DNA of 64,000 bases from Bdellovibrionales bacterium (GTDB lineage Bacteria > Bdellovibrionota > Bdellovibrionia > Bdellovibrionales > JAUICD01), in contig OZ241865.1 of assembly GCA_965203275.1 (NCBI GenBank), positions 64,001 through 128,000 on the forward strand. The letters run 5' to 3'. Below are positions 1-12,115 of the stretch, piece by piece; position 1 is the first letter of the stretch, and the number at the start of each line of letters is the position of its first letter. A program made the translations under genes and the position numbers. The notes beneath the pieces were generated by a model that did not search any database, was not told the DNA's origin, and saw only the letters and a list, made by a program, of their open reading frames with translations.

Positions 1-1074
1 ATCACAAAACATATTTGTGCTATCTTAGATGATCAAAAGATCAAATGTTGGGGGCAAAATAATTTTGGTCAATTAGGTCAGGGTGTTGCAGGTAGCGGTT
101 TTGTGAGTGCTTCAAATCTAAGGCCTATCAACTTAGGGAGTGGCTTAAAAGCAAAAGCTATCGTCACAGGGCTTTATCATAGCTGTGTGATTTTAGAAGA
201 TGCAAACAATAAACATGATGATCAGGTCAAATGCTGGGGGTACAATCAAGATGGTCAGTTAGGGCAAGGGCATAAATGTCATTTAGGTATGACAGGTGCG
301 AATTATCCTATAAGTCATTCTTGCAATTCTACCAATGCTGTTATTGATCGTGATGTGAAAGATACACCTCCTATCAACTTAAGTGTAGGAAATATCAAAT
401 TAACTGTAAAAGCTATTTCAGCAAAAGCAGCCCATACCTGTGCTGTTGTAGATCATAAAAACGGCAACCTTCATGATAATAAGGTGAAATGTTGGGGTTA
501 CAATGGTCATAAGCAATATGGTGATTATGCCAATAACCATATAGGTGATGCTACGGGTGAATTAAATGCTAGCAGTAGCAGTGGTGATGGTTATTTCTTT
601 CATAATGGGATAAAGGTAAAGGCTCTTTCTGCGGGGTTATATGATACCTGTGTGATCCGAGATGATTCAAATGACGATACAATTATTTGTCGAGGAAGGG
701 GCTTATATACTGGTATAGATGCAAGCCATGCTGTCAATCGTGGCATCCGCATATTTGGTAGCCGTCCTCACGAGATTAGCTTTACTTTTAATAAAAAACC
801 TCTATCCATTGCGGTAGGAGAATATATTGGTTGTGCAACCTTAAATGATGGAACAGTCAATTGCTTTGGCAATCATAATTTTGGTGATGCAAGTGTTTTT
901 GGAGATTTAGGGATCAATCATTTAAACTCTCAAAAAGTGATCCATTTTGATACAGGATCGTCAAGCCATTGTGCTTATTTAAGTAATGGCAGAGTCAAAT
1001 GTTGGGGGAAAATGCTAACTGCATCTTCAGAAAACACTCCTTCTCGTCCATATATTTGTTCTCGTAATCGTTGA
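1..1074 (+). CDS. RCC1/BLIP-II-like beta-propeller repeat protein, 5'-partial
   Basis: Frame is open from base 1 (ITKHICAILDDQKIKCWGQNNFGQLGQG) and continues into ORF 103..1074; repeated HxCxxxxxxxVKCWGxNxxGQLG motifs; paralogous to the C-terminus of 1251..4955. Confidence 0.8.
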   Translation: MTKHICAILDDQKIKCWGQNNFGQLGQGVAGSGFVSASNLRPINLGSGLKAKAIVTGLYHSCVILEDANNKHDDQVKCWGYNQDGQLGQGHKCHLGMTGANYPISHSCNSTNAVIDRDVKDTPPINLSVGNIKLTVKAISAKAAHTCAVVDHKNGNLHDNKVKCWGYNGHKQYGDYANNHIGDATGELNASSSSGDGYFFHNGIKVKALSAGLYDTCVIRDDSNDDTIICRGRGLYTGIDASHAVNRGIRIFGSRPHEISFTFNKKPLSIAVGEYIGCATLNDGTVNCFGNHNFGDASVFGDLGINHLNSQKVIHFDTGSSSHCAYLSNGRVKCWGKMLTASSENTPSRPYICSRNR

Positions 1075-1174
1075 TCAAACTGGCTTTGTAGCTAGGTATT
1101 TATGGATTATAGGATGTATTTTTACTAGACTTTGTCTCAAATAGAGACGAGTTTTTAAAAATTTAAAAAATAAT

Positions 1175-1202
1175 TAATTATTTAAAAATAAGCAGCCGAT
1201 AT
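1175..1202 (+). promoter_or_regulatory. possible sigma28 (FliA)-type promoter
   Basis: TAATTATT-N12-GCCGATAT; the -10 matches GCCGATAA well, the -35 is weak; same spacing as the sites at 47594 and 58027. Confidence 0.3.
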
Positions 1203-1250
1203 AATTATAGAGTAAAGAATGAATATCATTCATTTAATAAAAAAGGTGTT

Positions 1251-4200
1251 ATGATGAATTATCAGTTTCGTTTTATTTATTGTGCAGTTTTACTATCATT
1301 GTCTTTCTTTTTGATGTCTTGCAATAAGGATGAAAGGAGAAACCCAGCTGGACTACCTACGACTTCGCCCACTCCTTCTAAATCCGCATCCCCTACTCCT
1401 TCTGCGTCCCCATCTCCTACTCCTTTTGTAGAGACGGCATGTCCGTCTATTAAGCCACCTCACTGGAAATTTGTCAAAGGAAAATGTCGTCCGTCATGTG
1501 GATATGCAGCATCTCAGGCGGGTTATGGAGGTTCTGGTTCGGATAAAAAATCAGGGACATCTGATGATCCTCATATTTTTACTTCTAAGGCATCTTCTTG
1601 TGGTAGGTTAAATGTTTTAGGACATAATGATTGGCGGGAGTTTGAATTTAAAGATGCAGGTAAGACCATTACCAGTAACGATGCTCATGAAGTAGCTAAT
1701 AAGAAAGGTAGTGTATGTTGCGGGCGTGGCAGTGCTAAAAATCCTATACCTCCTCCTGAGGTGACAGGTTTATCGAATGATAATACAGAGAGGTTATCGA
1801 AGCAATTCAGTTGGGGATGTCAGCGCAATAACAAGACAGAGAATTGTAAATATCGCTCTATCATAAACACATTTTCTAAGCATACATTTCGTTCAAGTGT
1901 TTCTTATACGAATAAAAAAACAGTTACACAATCATCTGTCAGCAAGAAGACAACTTATTATTTGCATGTTCAAGCAGCCTTTGGTAGGAGGGAGTCTGCT
2001 GTCAAATCAGTAAGTTTTAAATTAAAACCAAGGCCTACACCTCGGCCTAGCCCTATTTTACCTACGCCAAAGGTAACAGGGTTAGAAAGCGATACATCAC
2101 CTGCAAGATCGAAAAGCTGGGAGTGGAGCTGTAGTACAGAGGGAACATATCCTTGTGAATATCGCCATGTAATTAATCAACGTGCTACACACAAGTTTGA
2201 TAGCAAGGCAACTTATTCTTCAAAGAATACAGCAAGTACAAGTGGCAAAAGTGATGGTCGCTGGTATTTACATGTTCAGGCTAAGAATGCAGGTGCTATT
2301 TCAGCAGTCAAGTCTGTTTTTGTGAGGATAGATAGAACAAAACCAAAGACTCCCAATAAAAACTCTATGATCTATGATGCTTCTAATACCCATCAGATCA
2401 CAGTGACATTTAGAGATTTTGTGCAAGGAGAGCGTGTTCGTTTATATAATGTATCGAATTGCAAGAGTAGCTCTTTGGGAGTTGCCACAGTGGGAGATAA
2501 TGGTGAAGGTGTGATCACCTTTACAGCAGATTCAACGCTTCAAAATTATTATGCTCAGGTCACAGATCAGGCAGGCAATGTCAGTGGCTGTGGACTTATA
2601 TTTGCTTATCCTGTAACAGGGACTGCTATTTTGCCAGAAGTTACAGGTCTCACAAATGATGACACACCTCAAAGAATTAAAAGATGGAGATGGGGTTGTA
2701 GTACCCAGCAGTGTGAATATCGCTATGTGATTAACCAACGTGCTAGACACACATTTAGAAGTGGAGATAATTATCGTATAAATGATGAGGCTTCCACAGG
2801 TACAAGCCATGCTACTGGCAAATGGTATGTCCATGTACAGGCTAAAAATGCAGCTGGAGAATCAGGAGTGAAATCTGTATATGCAAGGATAGACAGAACT
2901 CCGCCTAGGGTACCTAGTGCAGATTCAACAGTGTATCAAGTGGATGATGATGATGATGAGATCATTATTACTTTTTCAGACCTTGAAGCTGGGGATAGGG
3001 TGCAGGTTTATACAATGAGCAATGGCCGACAGGGTACTCTTAAAGGCACAGCTACAGTAGCCAGTAGCCAGACATCTGTCAATGTAGAGATCACCCCTGA
3101 GTCAACTGAAACTGATTATTGTGCAAGGGTAACTGACAGGGCTAAAAATACCAGCACTTGTGGGTTTATATTGACTTACCCTGTTTTAAATCCACGACTT
3201 GTTTTAAAAACTCCCGTGCCGAACACATTGAACAACTACTTACATGATAGACCAGAGTTTACTGTGGAAAAAGCAAGGAATAGTAAAGTTTATCTTTATA
3301 GGGTCAATGGTGATGATGAAGATATATGTAGTGGGGAGAATTGCTGTAATCCGGCTAGGGATAGTGATGTCGTGCTTGTAGGTCAGACCAGTGGTAACTG
3401 TGCTGCAAGTGCATGTACAGTTAAGGTGGCAGCAAATAAAAAATTAGCTTATCCTGGTAACTATGAGATAGATAAAAAATCTTATACATTCTTTGTCAGA
3501 AAAGAATATCAAGGTGCAAATAATGCTTTGCAAAGCAAATGCTCTCGATTAGAAAATGACAACGAAGGCTCCGCTGAAGCAAAAAAACAAAAAGCTGTTT
3601 ATCATTTATGGCCTTATAAGGCATTATCTGTAGGTCATAAGAATAGGGCTTGTTATTTGTCTAAATTAGGTGAAGTGAAATGTTGGGGAGAGCAAAAGGA
3701 AAATACACCTTCGTATTTTCAGCAGTGCTTACCTTCTGGAGGGGAGTTTGAAGAAGCAGCTATTGCAGGAAACGGTGATGTGTTTGCAGCTTTTAATCCT
3801 ATGGAATTTGCTAACTCTGTCAATTTAGGTTGTAGAAGTGGTAGCGGTTCAAATTGTCCAAAATATACAGCCCTTGCAGTTTCCCTTAGTTATGCTGGAG
3901 GCTTTAGTGATGAGTATCATACTTGTGCTATTTTAGATAATCAAAAAGTCAAATGTTGGGGGAAGAATTCTAAAGGCCAATTAGGGCAAGGCAGTAGTGT
4001 TGACGCAGATGGCAATAATGATCCCTCTACCCTCGCACCACTTAAGTTAAAAAAGGTAAAGGCTATTTCAGCAGGTGGTCTAGCTCATAGTTGTGTGATT
4101 TTAGATACCCCTAGTGATAGTGGCAATGATGAGAGAGTGAAATGTTGGGGAAATAATGATGATGGGCAATTAGGGATAAATAGTACAATTAAAATAGGAG

Positions 4201-4955
4201 ATGATGAAGCATTAGATCACGCACGAGCCATCACTGTTCCTGGCTTAGATGGTAATAGGGTCAAAGCTATTTCAGCAGGTCATAATCACACCTGTGCAAT
4301 TCTGAAAGCTAGCACACATAATGGAAAAGTTATATGCTGGGGAGAGAATGATGATAAACAATTAGGTACAAACAATAACGTGAATTATGGCAACGGTGGT
4401 AACGATGCGAATGTGGCCAATGCCTCCCCTTTTGATCATTTCGGCGACCCCGCTCGTACTACAAAAGCCAAATATGTTGCAACAGGATATGCCCGTACAT
4501 GTATTATTGAAGATACTCCTGATTCAAAAGTGATCTGTATATCAGCAGAACGTCGTTTTAATGCTTTTGAGCGTGATACTGGTTTTGAATCTAATCCTGT
4601 AGTTGACTTTTCAAACTCAGACACTGATGAAAGACAAGTTTTTAAGTATACAAGTGATAATTCTAAAAAAGCAACAAGAATATATCCTATGGATTATAGT
4701 ATTTGTGCTTTATTAGATAGCGGTGAAGTCAACTGTGATCAGAGCGGTACTCAGGTTTGGGGACATCATTTGAATGCAGATTTATATTCTGGGATATTAG
4801 GTAGTAACAAAGTTCAATCTATGGATGTAGGAGGCGATGATATGTGTGCTTATTTAGATAATGGTCAAGTCAAATGCTGGGGTCGTGAAGATAATAATGA
4901 TAATGATGATGATAGACCTCTTATGTGCGAGCATGACGCTCCAACCTCAACATAA
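1251..4955 (+). CDS. large modular lipoprotein: Pro/Ser/Thr linker, three Cys/Trp beta-rich repeats, Ig-like segments, C-terminal RCC1-like repeats
   Basis: Lipobox FLMS-C; PTPS linker; three VTGL..WxWxC..CxYR..YLHVQA repeats; TDxAxNxS Ig-like ends; VKCWGxNxxGQLG repeats. Confidence 0.8.
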   Translation: MMNYQFRFIYCAVLLSLSFFLMSCNKDERRNPAGLPTTSPTPSKSASPTPSASPSPTPFVETACPSIKPPHWKFVKGKCRPSCGYAASQAGYGGSGSDKKSGTSDDPHIFTSKASSCGRLNVLGHNDWREFEFKDAGKTITSNDAHEVANKKGSVCCGRGSAKNPIPPPEVTGLSNDNTERLSKQFSWGCQRNNKTENCKYRSIINTFSKHTFRSSVSYTNKKTVTQSSVSKKTTYYLHVQAAFGRRESAVKSVSFKLKPRPTPRPSPILPTPKVTGLESDTSPARSKSWEWSCSTEGTYPCEYRHVINQRATHKFDSKATYSSKNTASTSGKSDGRWYLHVQAKNAGAISAVKSVFVRIDRTKPKTPNKNSMIYDASNTHQITVTFRDFVQGERVRLYNVSNCKSSSLGVATVGDNGEGVITFTADSTLQNYYAQVTDQAGNVSGCGLIFAYPVTGTAILPEVTGLTNDDTPQRIKRWRWGCSTQQCEYRYVINQRARHTFRSGDNYRINDEASTGTSHATGKWYVHVQAKNAAGESGVKSVYARIDRTPPRVPSADSTVYQVDDDDDEIIITFSDLEAGDRVQVYTMSNGRQGTLKGTATVASSQTSVNVEITPESTETDYCARVTDRAKNTSTCGFILTYPVLNPRLVLKTPVPNTLNNYLHDRPEFTVEKARNSKVYLYRVNGDDEDICSGENCCNPARDSDVVLVGQTSGNCAASACTVKVAANKKLAYPGNYEIDKKSYTFFVRKEYQGANNALQSKCSRLENDNEGSAEAKKQKAVYHLWPYKALSVGHKNRACYLSKLGEVKCWGEQKENTPSYFQQCLPSGGEFEEAAIAGNGDVFAAFNPMEFANSVNLGCRSGSGSNCPKYTALAVSLSYAGGFSDEYHTCAILDNQKVKCWGKNSKGQLGQGSSVDADGNNDPSTLAPLKLKKVKAISAGGLAHSCVILDTPSDSGNDERVKCWGNNDDGQLGINSTIKIGDDEALDHARAITVPGLDGNRVKAISAGHNHTCAILKASTHNGKVICWGENDDKQLGTNNNVNYGNGGNDANVANASPFDHFGDPARTTKAKYVATGYARTCIIEDTPDSKVICISAERRFNAFERDTGFESNPVVDFSNSDTDERQVFKYTSDNSKKATRIYPMDYSICALLDSGEVNCDQSGTQVWGHHLNADLYSGILGSNKVQSMDVGGDDMCAYLDNGQVKCWGREDNNDNDDDRPLMCEHDAPTST

Positions 4956-5029
4956 TAACCCTTACTCCCTTTTCCATAAATTCGCATCACCACTACTATC
5001 TCCAAAACATTTCCCCTTTTCCACAAACA

Positions 5030-5640
5030 TCCGGCAATCGGGGCAACGCATCAGATCCTGGGATGCCTGCTTGCCGGATCCCAGATAAATACCTTGTTAA
5101 GGAAACAGAGTTTCTTTTTTTTTCACTAAAAGTGGTCAAGCTTTCTAGGCAATGACCATTTTGCCAATGGCAAAAAAACATCTTGTTTCCTTAACATGTA
5201 GTCAAAAAACGAAGAGATCCTCCTTACTCAAAGTGAACAGGCTTTTGAGACGATGACCATTTTGTCAAAGGCGAAAGCCTTTGCGGTCATCGTCCAAAAG
5301 TGGCCAGAGGCCAGTTCACTTTGAGGGAAACAGAGGCTAGTTTACTTTTAGTGCAAATCAAATGAGGTGATGACCATTTTATCGACGTGAAATAAACATC
5401 TTGTTTCCCTAACATCGTCTTCATCCGGGATCCGGGATCCGGCAGTCAGGCAGTCCGGCATCAGTGAAGCAAACGTCTTGTTTCCTTAACATGGTGTTAA
5501 AAAACGAGGATATCCTCCCCTACTCAAAATGAGCAGTTTTTTGCGGCATTGCTCTTTTTAGACAGCGTAAGCTGTCAGAGCAATGCCCAAAAACACACCA
5601 GAGGTGTGGCTCATTTTGAGTGAGACAGAATCTAATGATG
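5030..5640. repeat. family A structured repeat cluster (full units 5186-5331 and 5481-5626, partial units, heptamer module)
   Basis: TTTCCYTAACA...GATCC...paired stems...CCAGAGG...AGTGAAAC architecture. Confidence 0.9.
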
Positions 5641-5641
5641 T

Positions 5642-5881
5642 TTAAGTCTTTGTTATTTTGAGGATCTCTTCTTGAGAAAGTCCAGAACATTTCATAATAG
5701 TTTGTAAGTCTATTTTATTTTTGATCATATTTAAAATAAGATCTCTTTGCCCTTCCTGTCGCCCTTCCTGTCGCCCTTTTTGCAACCCTTCTTGTAAGCC
5801 CTTTTGCAATCCTTCCTGTCGCCCTTCTTGCAGGCCTTTTTGTCGGGCATGATTTTGAATAATCTCACTAAATTTTAACAT
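5642..5881 (-). CDS. putative small C-terminal Rpn protein (RpnS-like), 79 aa
   Basis: In-frame ATG at 5881 preceded by AAGGAG; intact downstream of the insertion. Confidence 0.5.
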   Translation of the reverse strand: MLKFSEIIQNHARQKGLQEGRQEGLQKGLQEGLQKGRQEGRQEGQRDLILNMIKNKIDLQTIMKCSGLSQEEILKITKT

Positions 5882-6108
5882 AACATCTCCTTGCCTTTGT
5901 TTTATTTCTTCCCCTACTTCTTCCATTGTTTTGATTAAAAGCTTTTCTGCCATGTTTCCATCGTATGTGCAGAAATACCTTACCAAATCATTTGTCATCT
6001 CTATTATATCTAACTTATCACCACTTTCATAGTCCTTTTCATTAATAATATCATCTTTTTGTAATCTACCCACTTCTCTTTCGACAATTAAAATATTTTC
6101 CCTTATTT

Positions 6109-6444
6109 GTTTCACTAAAAGTAAACTAGCCTCTGGCTACTTTTGGGCATTGCTCTGACAGCTGTCGCTGTCCAAAAAGAGCAATGCCTCAAAAGTTCGT
6201 TTACTTTTAGTAAAGAGGATCTCCTTGCTTCTTAACACCATGTTAAGGAAAAAGAGTTTCATTTGTAAACCCGCTTGCTCTTGAGGTAATAAAAAAACTT
6301 TTTCCTTAACATGCTGTAAAGGAATAAAAGGATCCTCTCTACTCAAAATGAACAAGCTTTTGAGGTAGCTAGCCTTTTACGACGGCGGTAGCCGTCGGGC
6401 TAGCTACCCAAAAGTGGCCAGAGGCCAGTTCATTTTGAGTGAAA
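6109..6444. mobile_element. head-to-head composite of two family A units with a shared central spacer, inserted in the rpn gene
   Basis: Minus unit 6109-6251, spacer, plus unit 6301-6444; outer ends TTTCACT...AGTGAAA are inverted. Confidence 0.7.
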
Positions 6445-6877
6445 GAATAAAACAAGAATGAACGGATTGTACTTTGATGCTCTATGTTGAAAACAAGCTT
6501 TACAATCAAGTGAGAATTCTTCAATTTAACCGCAACAACTAGGTCACAAAGACCTTTCATATATCCAGAAAACTCTCCTTTTTCTATTGTGAGCGTTTTT
6601 AAATCTATGATGTTTAAGAGTTTCGAAGGCAATGTGATTTCAAGAAAGGCCATCGCAATAATTTTTTTTGAAAAAAGCCGTTGAAAAGCAATGTTATGAG
6701 GATGGGCTTTTGAAGAAGTGTCCTGTTGCATTTGTTTGATCTGCTTTGATTTTGATGGCATGACTGCTCCTTATTGTTCCTTTAGGTTCACTTGAAATTG
6801 CATGTCTCTTATTAACTACATGAATTTTAAAACTATATCTTTGTTTGTTCTCGACTGCAAGCAAGAACATTCGGTTT

Positions 6878-7373
6878 GTTTCATTAAAAGTGGGCTGTTT
6901 CACTAAAAGTGGGCTGTTTCACTAAAAGTGGGCTGTTTCACTCAAAATGAGCCACACCTCTGGTGTGTTTTTTGGTGTTGCCTGCAAAGGCTTTCGCCTT
7001 TGACAAAATAGGCAACACCTAAAAAATCCGCTCATTTTGAGTAGGGAAGGATCTCCTTGCTTTTAACACAATGTTAAGGAAACAAGATATTCGCTTCATC
7101 CTTGCCTGTCTGCTTGATGCCGGGTTGCCGGATCCCGGATCCCGGATAAACACGATGTTAAGGAAACAAGCTATTTATATTTATTTCACTCCCGGGATCC
7201 GGGATCAGGCAATCTGACATCCCGGGATCCCGGAACTGATGCCGGGTTGCCGGATCCCGGATCCCGGATAAACAGGATGTTAAGGAAACAAGATTTCCTT
7301 CTGATGTTTGCTCTGACAGCTATCGCTGTCTAAAAAGAGCAATGTCGCAAAAAACTGCTCATTTTGAGTGAAA
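6878..7373. repeat. family A cluster: 3x19-bp tandem end repeat, minus unit 6935-7082, heptamer modules
   Basis: GTTTCACTAAAAGTGGGCT x3 at 6878-6934 (one mismatch in the first copy); CCGGGAT-type heptamers at ~7118-7270. Confidence 0.9.
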
Positions 7374-7417
7374 AAGAATAAAATAGATCTTTTTTGATGC
7401 TTTTTGGATGTACTTAG

Positions 7418-9103
<1,686 letters not shown>

Positions 9104-9104
9104 T

Positions 9105-9910
9105 GTTCATCCGGGATCTGGGATCCCGGACTGCCTGCTTGCCCGATCCCGGATCCCGGGAGCAAATGTTTTGTTTCCTTAACATGTAGTCAAAAAACGA
9201 AGATATCCTCTCTACTAAAAGTGGTCAAGCTTTCTAGGCGATGACCATTTTATCGACGTGAAGTAAGCATCTTGTTTCCTTAACATCGTGTCAAGAGACG
9301 AGAGGATCCTTTCTACTAAAAATAAACGGATTTTTGAGGCATTGCTCTTTTTGGACAGCGTATAGCTGTCAGAGCAATGCCCAAAAACAGCCAGAGGCTG
9401 GTTTATTTTTAGTGAAACAGAATCTAAAAGAAAATAAAAAAAAACAAAAAAATGAACTCACTCTGGGATCCGGGATCCGGGATCCGGCAGTCAGGCAGAG
9501 ATGAAGCAAACGTCTTTTTTCCTTAACATGGTGTTAAAAAACGAGGAGATCCTCCCTACTCAAAATAAATGGATTTTCTAGGCAGTTAGCCTTTGATCGA
9601 CGACGACAGTCGTCGGGCTAACTGCCAGAAAACATGCCAGAGGCATGATGCATTTTGAGTGAAACAAACCCTTAACATGTGGTTAAGGGACGAAGGGATC
9701 CTTCCTACTAAAAGTGGTCAGGCTTTCTAGGTGATGACCATTTTATCGACGTGAAGTAAGCATCTTGTTTCCTTAACATCGTGTCAAGAGACGAGAGGAT
9801 CCTTTCTACTAAAAATAAACGGATTTTTGAGGCATTGCTCTTTTTGGACAGCGTATAGCTGTCAGAGCAATGCCCAAAAACAGCCAGAGGCTGGTTTATT
9901 TTTAGTGAAA
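9105..9910 (+). repeat. family A cluster (units 9275-9418, 9518-9665, 9768-9910; heptamer modules)
   Basis: Unit architecture; ~9242-9417 is duplicated at ~9735-9910. Confidence 0.9.
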
Positions 9911-10388
9911 TAATAAAAGGCCCAATAATATACAAAGAAATCAAGTTAAATTCAAAATTCAGCAATGAATTTCTGACCGATCACCTCAAAATTGACCTTC
10001 CGATTCTCTGAAAAAAGCTTAACCTGGTGAATATATGAAATTAGAGATAGAAGGTTCAAGGAAGGGAAATTTTGAGGGAAACAGTCCACATATCTCTGAA
10101 AGAGGTACGTACGGGTAGATGAGGATCAACGAAGTTAGATAATAAAAGGCCCAATAATATACAAAGAAATCAAGTTAAATTCAAAATTCAGCAATGAATT
10201 TCTGACCGATCACCTCAAAATTGACCTTCCGATTCTCTGAAAAAAGCTTAACCTGGTGAATATATGAAATTAGAGATAGAAGGTTCAAGGAAGGGAAATT
10301 TTGAGGGAAACAGTCCACATATCTCTGAAAGAGGTACGTACGGGTAGATGAGGATCAACGAAGTTAGATAATAAAAGGCCCAATAATA
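9911..10388 (+). repeat. family B element, exact tandem duplication with 229-bp period
   Basis: TAATAAAAGGCCCAATAATA at 9911, 10140 and 10369; diverged relatives at 40156-40682 (minus strand) and fragments at ~15231, ~39741, ~61470 and ~61676. Confidence 0.9.
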
Positions 10389-10398
10389 GAAAAAAACA

Positions 10399-10428
10399 TT
10401 GACAATTAAAATAAAGTCTTTATAAAAT
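10399..10428 (+). promoter_or_regulatory. sigma70-type promoter
   Basis: TTGACA at 10399 with TATAAA/TAAAAT 16-18 bp downstream; AAGGAGG before ATG 10473. Confidence 0.5.
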
Positions 10429-10472
10429 AAAAAAATCTTAAACTTAACATTTATTAACAAGGAGGTTATATT

Positions 10473-10838
10473 ATGTCATTGTATGAATCTTTTGCACAGT
10501 TAAAATTTGATATACGCATGAAGGATTGGAATGTGAATCAAAATCTCGTTACAGAGAAAGAAATTAAAAAAAACTTAGAAAGCCTTAAAGATATGAGTGA
10601 CAATGTTGAAGAAGTCTCTCTATTTTCTACAGATCAAACACAAGATCCATCTAATGCTCCATCAGAAGATTCATCTTCTGATACATCTGATACATCACCA
10701 CCTCAACAAGCCGTGTCAGCTCAAGATGATCATCTTAATCCTAATCTTAATCCTAATCCTAATCATCCTCAACCTCATAACACAGAAGAGACAAATCCTG
10801 TCAAAACAAATGAAGATCCTTCTAATCCATGGTGGTGA
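10473..10838 (+). CDS. hypothetical protein with a low-complexity acidic C-terminus
   Basis: Strong SD; helical N-terminus (KFDIRMKDWN...KKNLESLKD); Asn-Pro repeats. Confidence 0.7.
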   Translation: MSLYESFAQLKFDIRMKDWNVNQNLVTEKEIKKNLESLKDMSDNVEEVSLFSTDQTQDPSNAPSEDSSSDTSDTSPPQQAVSAQDDHLNPNLNPNPNHPQPHNTEETNPVKTNEDPSNPWW

Positions 10839-10999
10839 CATAGGGGTGGTGATATAGGCTACTAAATAATTTCAAAATAAAACCATAATAGCTGTTAAAA
10901 GGAAGTAAAAAGAAAAGTCTATGCAATATAACTCTTTGAGTCATTAATTCTACTAGAGATTTGCTTTGACCATGCCTCTTTGTTAAATTATACCCTATT

Positions 11000-12115
11000 A
11001 TGGAAGTTATAGAAGTCAAAAACCAATCCCATCTTCGTCAATTTTTAAAATTACAACCACGTATCTATAAAGATCAGCCCCATTATGTTTGTCCTTTAAA
11101 TATTCTTGTGAAAAAAATGATCAAAGGATTGCATGTTCCCCAACAACATTTATTAATGGCTACCGAAAATAATCAATATATTGCTCGCATAGCTTTTAAG
11201 GTTCATAAATACAAATCTCAAACCTTTCTTCATTTTGGATTTTTTGATTGTGTAGAAGGATACAGCAAAGCAGTCAGTCAGCTCATTGCATGGGGCCGTA
11301 ATAAATATCCTCATTGGATTTTGAAAGGTCCTTATCATTTCACTATGGAAGATCCCTATATAGGTGTTTTAGTGGAAGGTTTTGATCAAGATCCTTATTT
11401 TTTAATGCCTTATAATTTTGCTTATTACGATGACTATTTACAAAAAGCTGGATTGAAAAAAGCTATGGACCTTTTTACTTATCAACTCACCAGAGAAAAT
11501 ATAGATCAACTACTAGCTCCCCTCCAACCTCAAGCACAAAAGGCACAAGAGCAAGGTATTACTGTTCGCTTTCCTCACCCTAAAAACCATCAAGAGTTTA
11601 AAGAAGAAGGCTATAAAGCTGTGAATATCTTTAATGACGCTCTTTCTGACAATTGGAATTTTGAAACATTTCAAGAAGCTCAGGCCAAAGAGTTAATTCA
11701 ATTTTTTAAATATTTATTAGATATGCGTATGGTGGCTTTTGCTATGAAGGATGGTCAAGAGATTGGTTGTTTAGTTATGGTCCCTAACTATAACCAGCTT
11801 ATTAAACCACATAAAGGTAAAATCACACCATTGTTGATCTACAAATACTTTCGAAGATATAAATATATTTCAAGTACAAGAGGTTATGTCTTAGGAGTTA
11901 AGAAGAAATACCATAGCATGGGTGTTGGTAGCTTACTGACAGTGAAGGTGTTTGAACAAGGCATGAAGTGTGGATATCAAGTGGGTGAAATTTCATGGAT
12001 TTTAGGCAATAACGATAAAATGAATCGGCTAGCTCAAACCATGTCAAAAGAAAATCAACATAACAAAGTTTATCGTGTATATGAGGCTCCACCTTTAAAT
12101 GAAAATTCTAAATAG
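11000..12115 (+). CDS. GNAT-like acyltransferase (YghO-like)
   Basis: HFGFFDC, PYFLMPYN, GVKKKYHSMGVG, EISWILGNNDKM, KVYRVY motifs. Confidence 0.75.
   Translation: MEVIEVKNQSHLRQFLKLQPRIYKDQPHYVCPLNILVKKMIKGLHVPQQHLLMATENNQYIARIAFKVHKYKSQTFLHFGFFDCVEGYSKAVSQLIAWGRNKYPHWILKGPYHFTMEDPYIGVLVEGFDQDPYFLMPYNFAYYDDYLQKAGLKKAMDLFTYQLTRENIDQLLAPLQPQAQKAQEQGITVRFPHPKNHQEFKEEGYKAVNIFNDALSDNWNFETFQEAQAKELIQFFKYLLDMRMVAFAMKDGQEIGCLVMVPNYNQLIKPHKGKITPLLIYKYFRRYKYISSTRGYVLGVKKKYHSMGVGSLLTVKVFEQGMKCGYQVGEISWILGNNDKMNRLAQTMSKENQHNKVYRVYEAPPLNENSK

Larger units (their letters stand above)
5642..6761 (-). pseudogene. Rpn/YhgA-family PD-(D/E)XK nuclease gene interrupted by a repeat composite
   Basis: N-terminal part (PHNIAFQRLF...CDLVV...FNIEHQS) and C-terminal part (GLQE/GRQE repeats, IMKCSGLSQEEI) are separated by the repeat at 6109-6444. 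Confidence 0.8.

Noticed and set aside
5186..5331. Hammerhead or other small self-cleaving ribozyme (conserved GAAAC)
   Set aside because: No conserved CTGANGA core in the units; I could not map another ribozyme consensus by eye.
6878..6934. CRISPR array (19-bp repeats), and CRISPR interpretation of the repeat clusters generally
   Set aside because: The repeats are directly adjacent with no unique spacers and match family A ends; there are no cas genes in the window.
10080..10120. Group II intron domain V (GAAA...ACGTACGG) in family B
   Set aside because: No AGC/CGC catalytic triad, the 5' side does not pair with CGTACGG as domain V requires, and there is no RT ORF.
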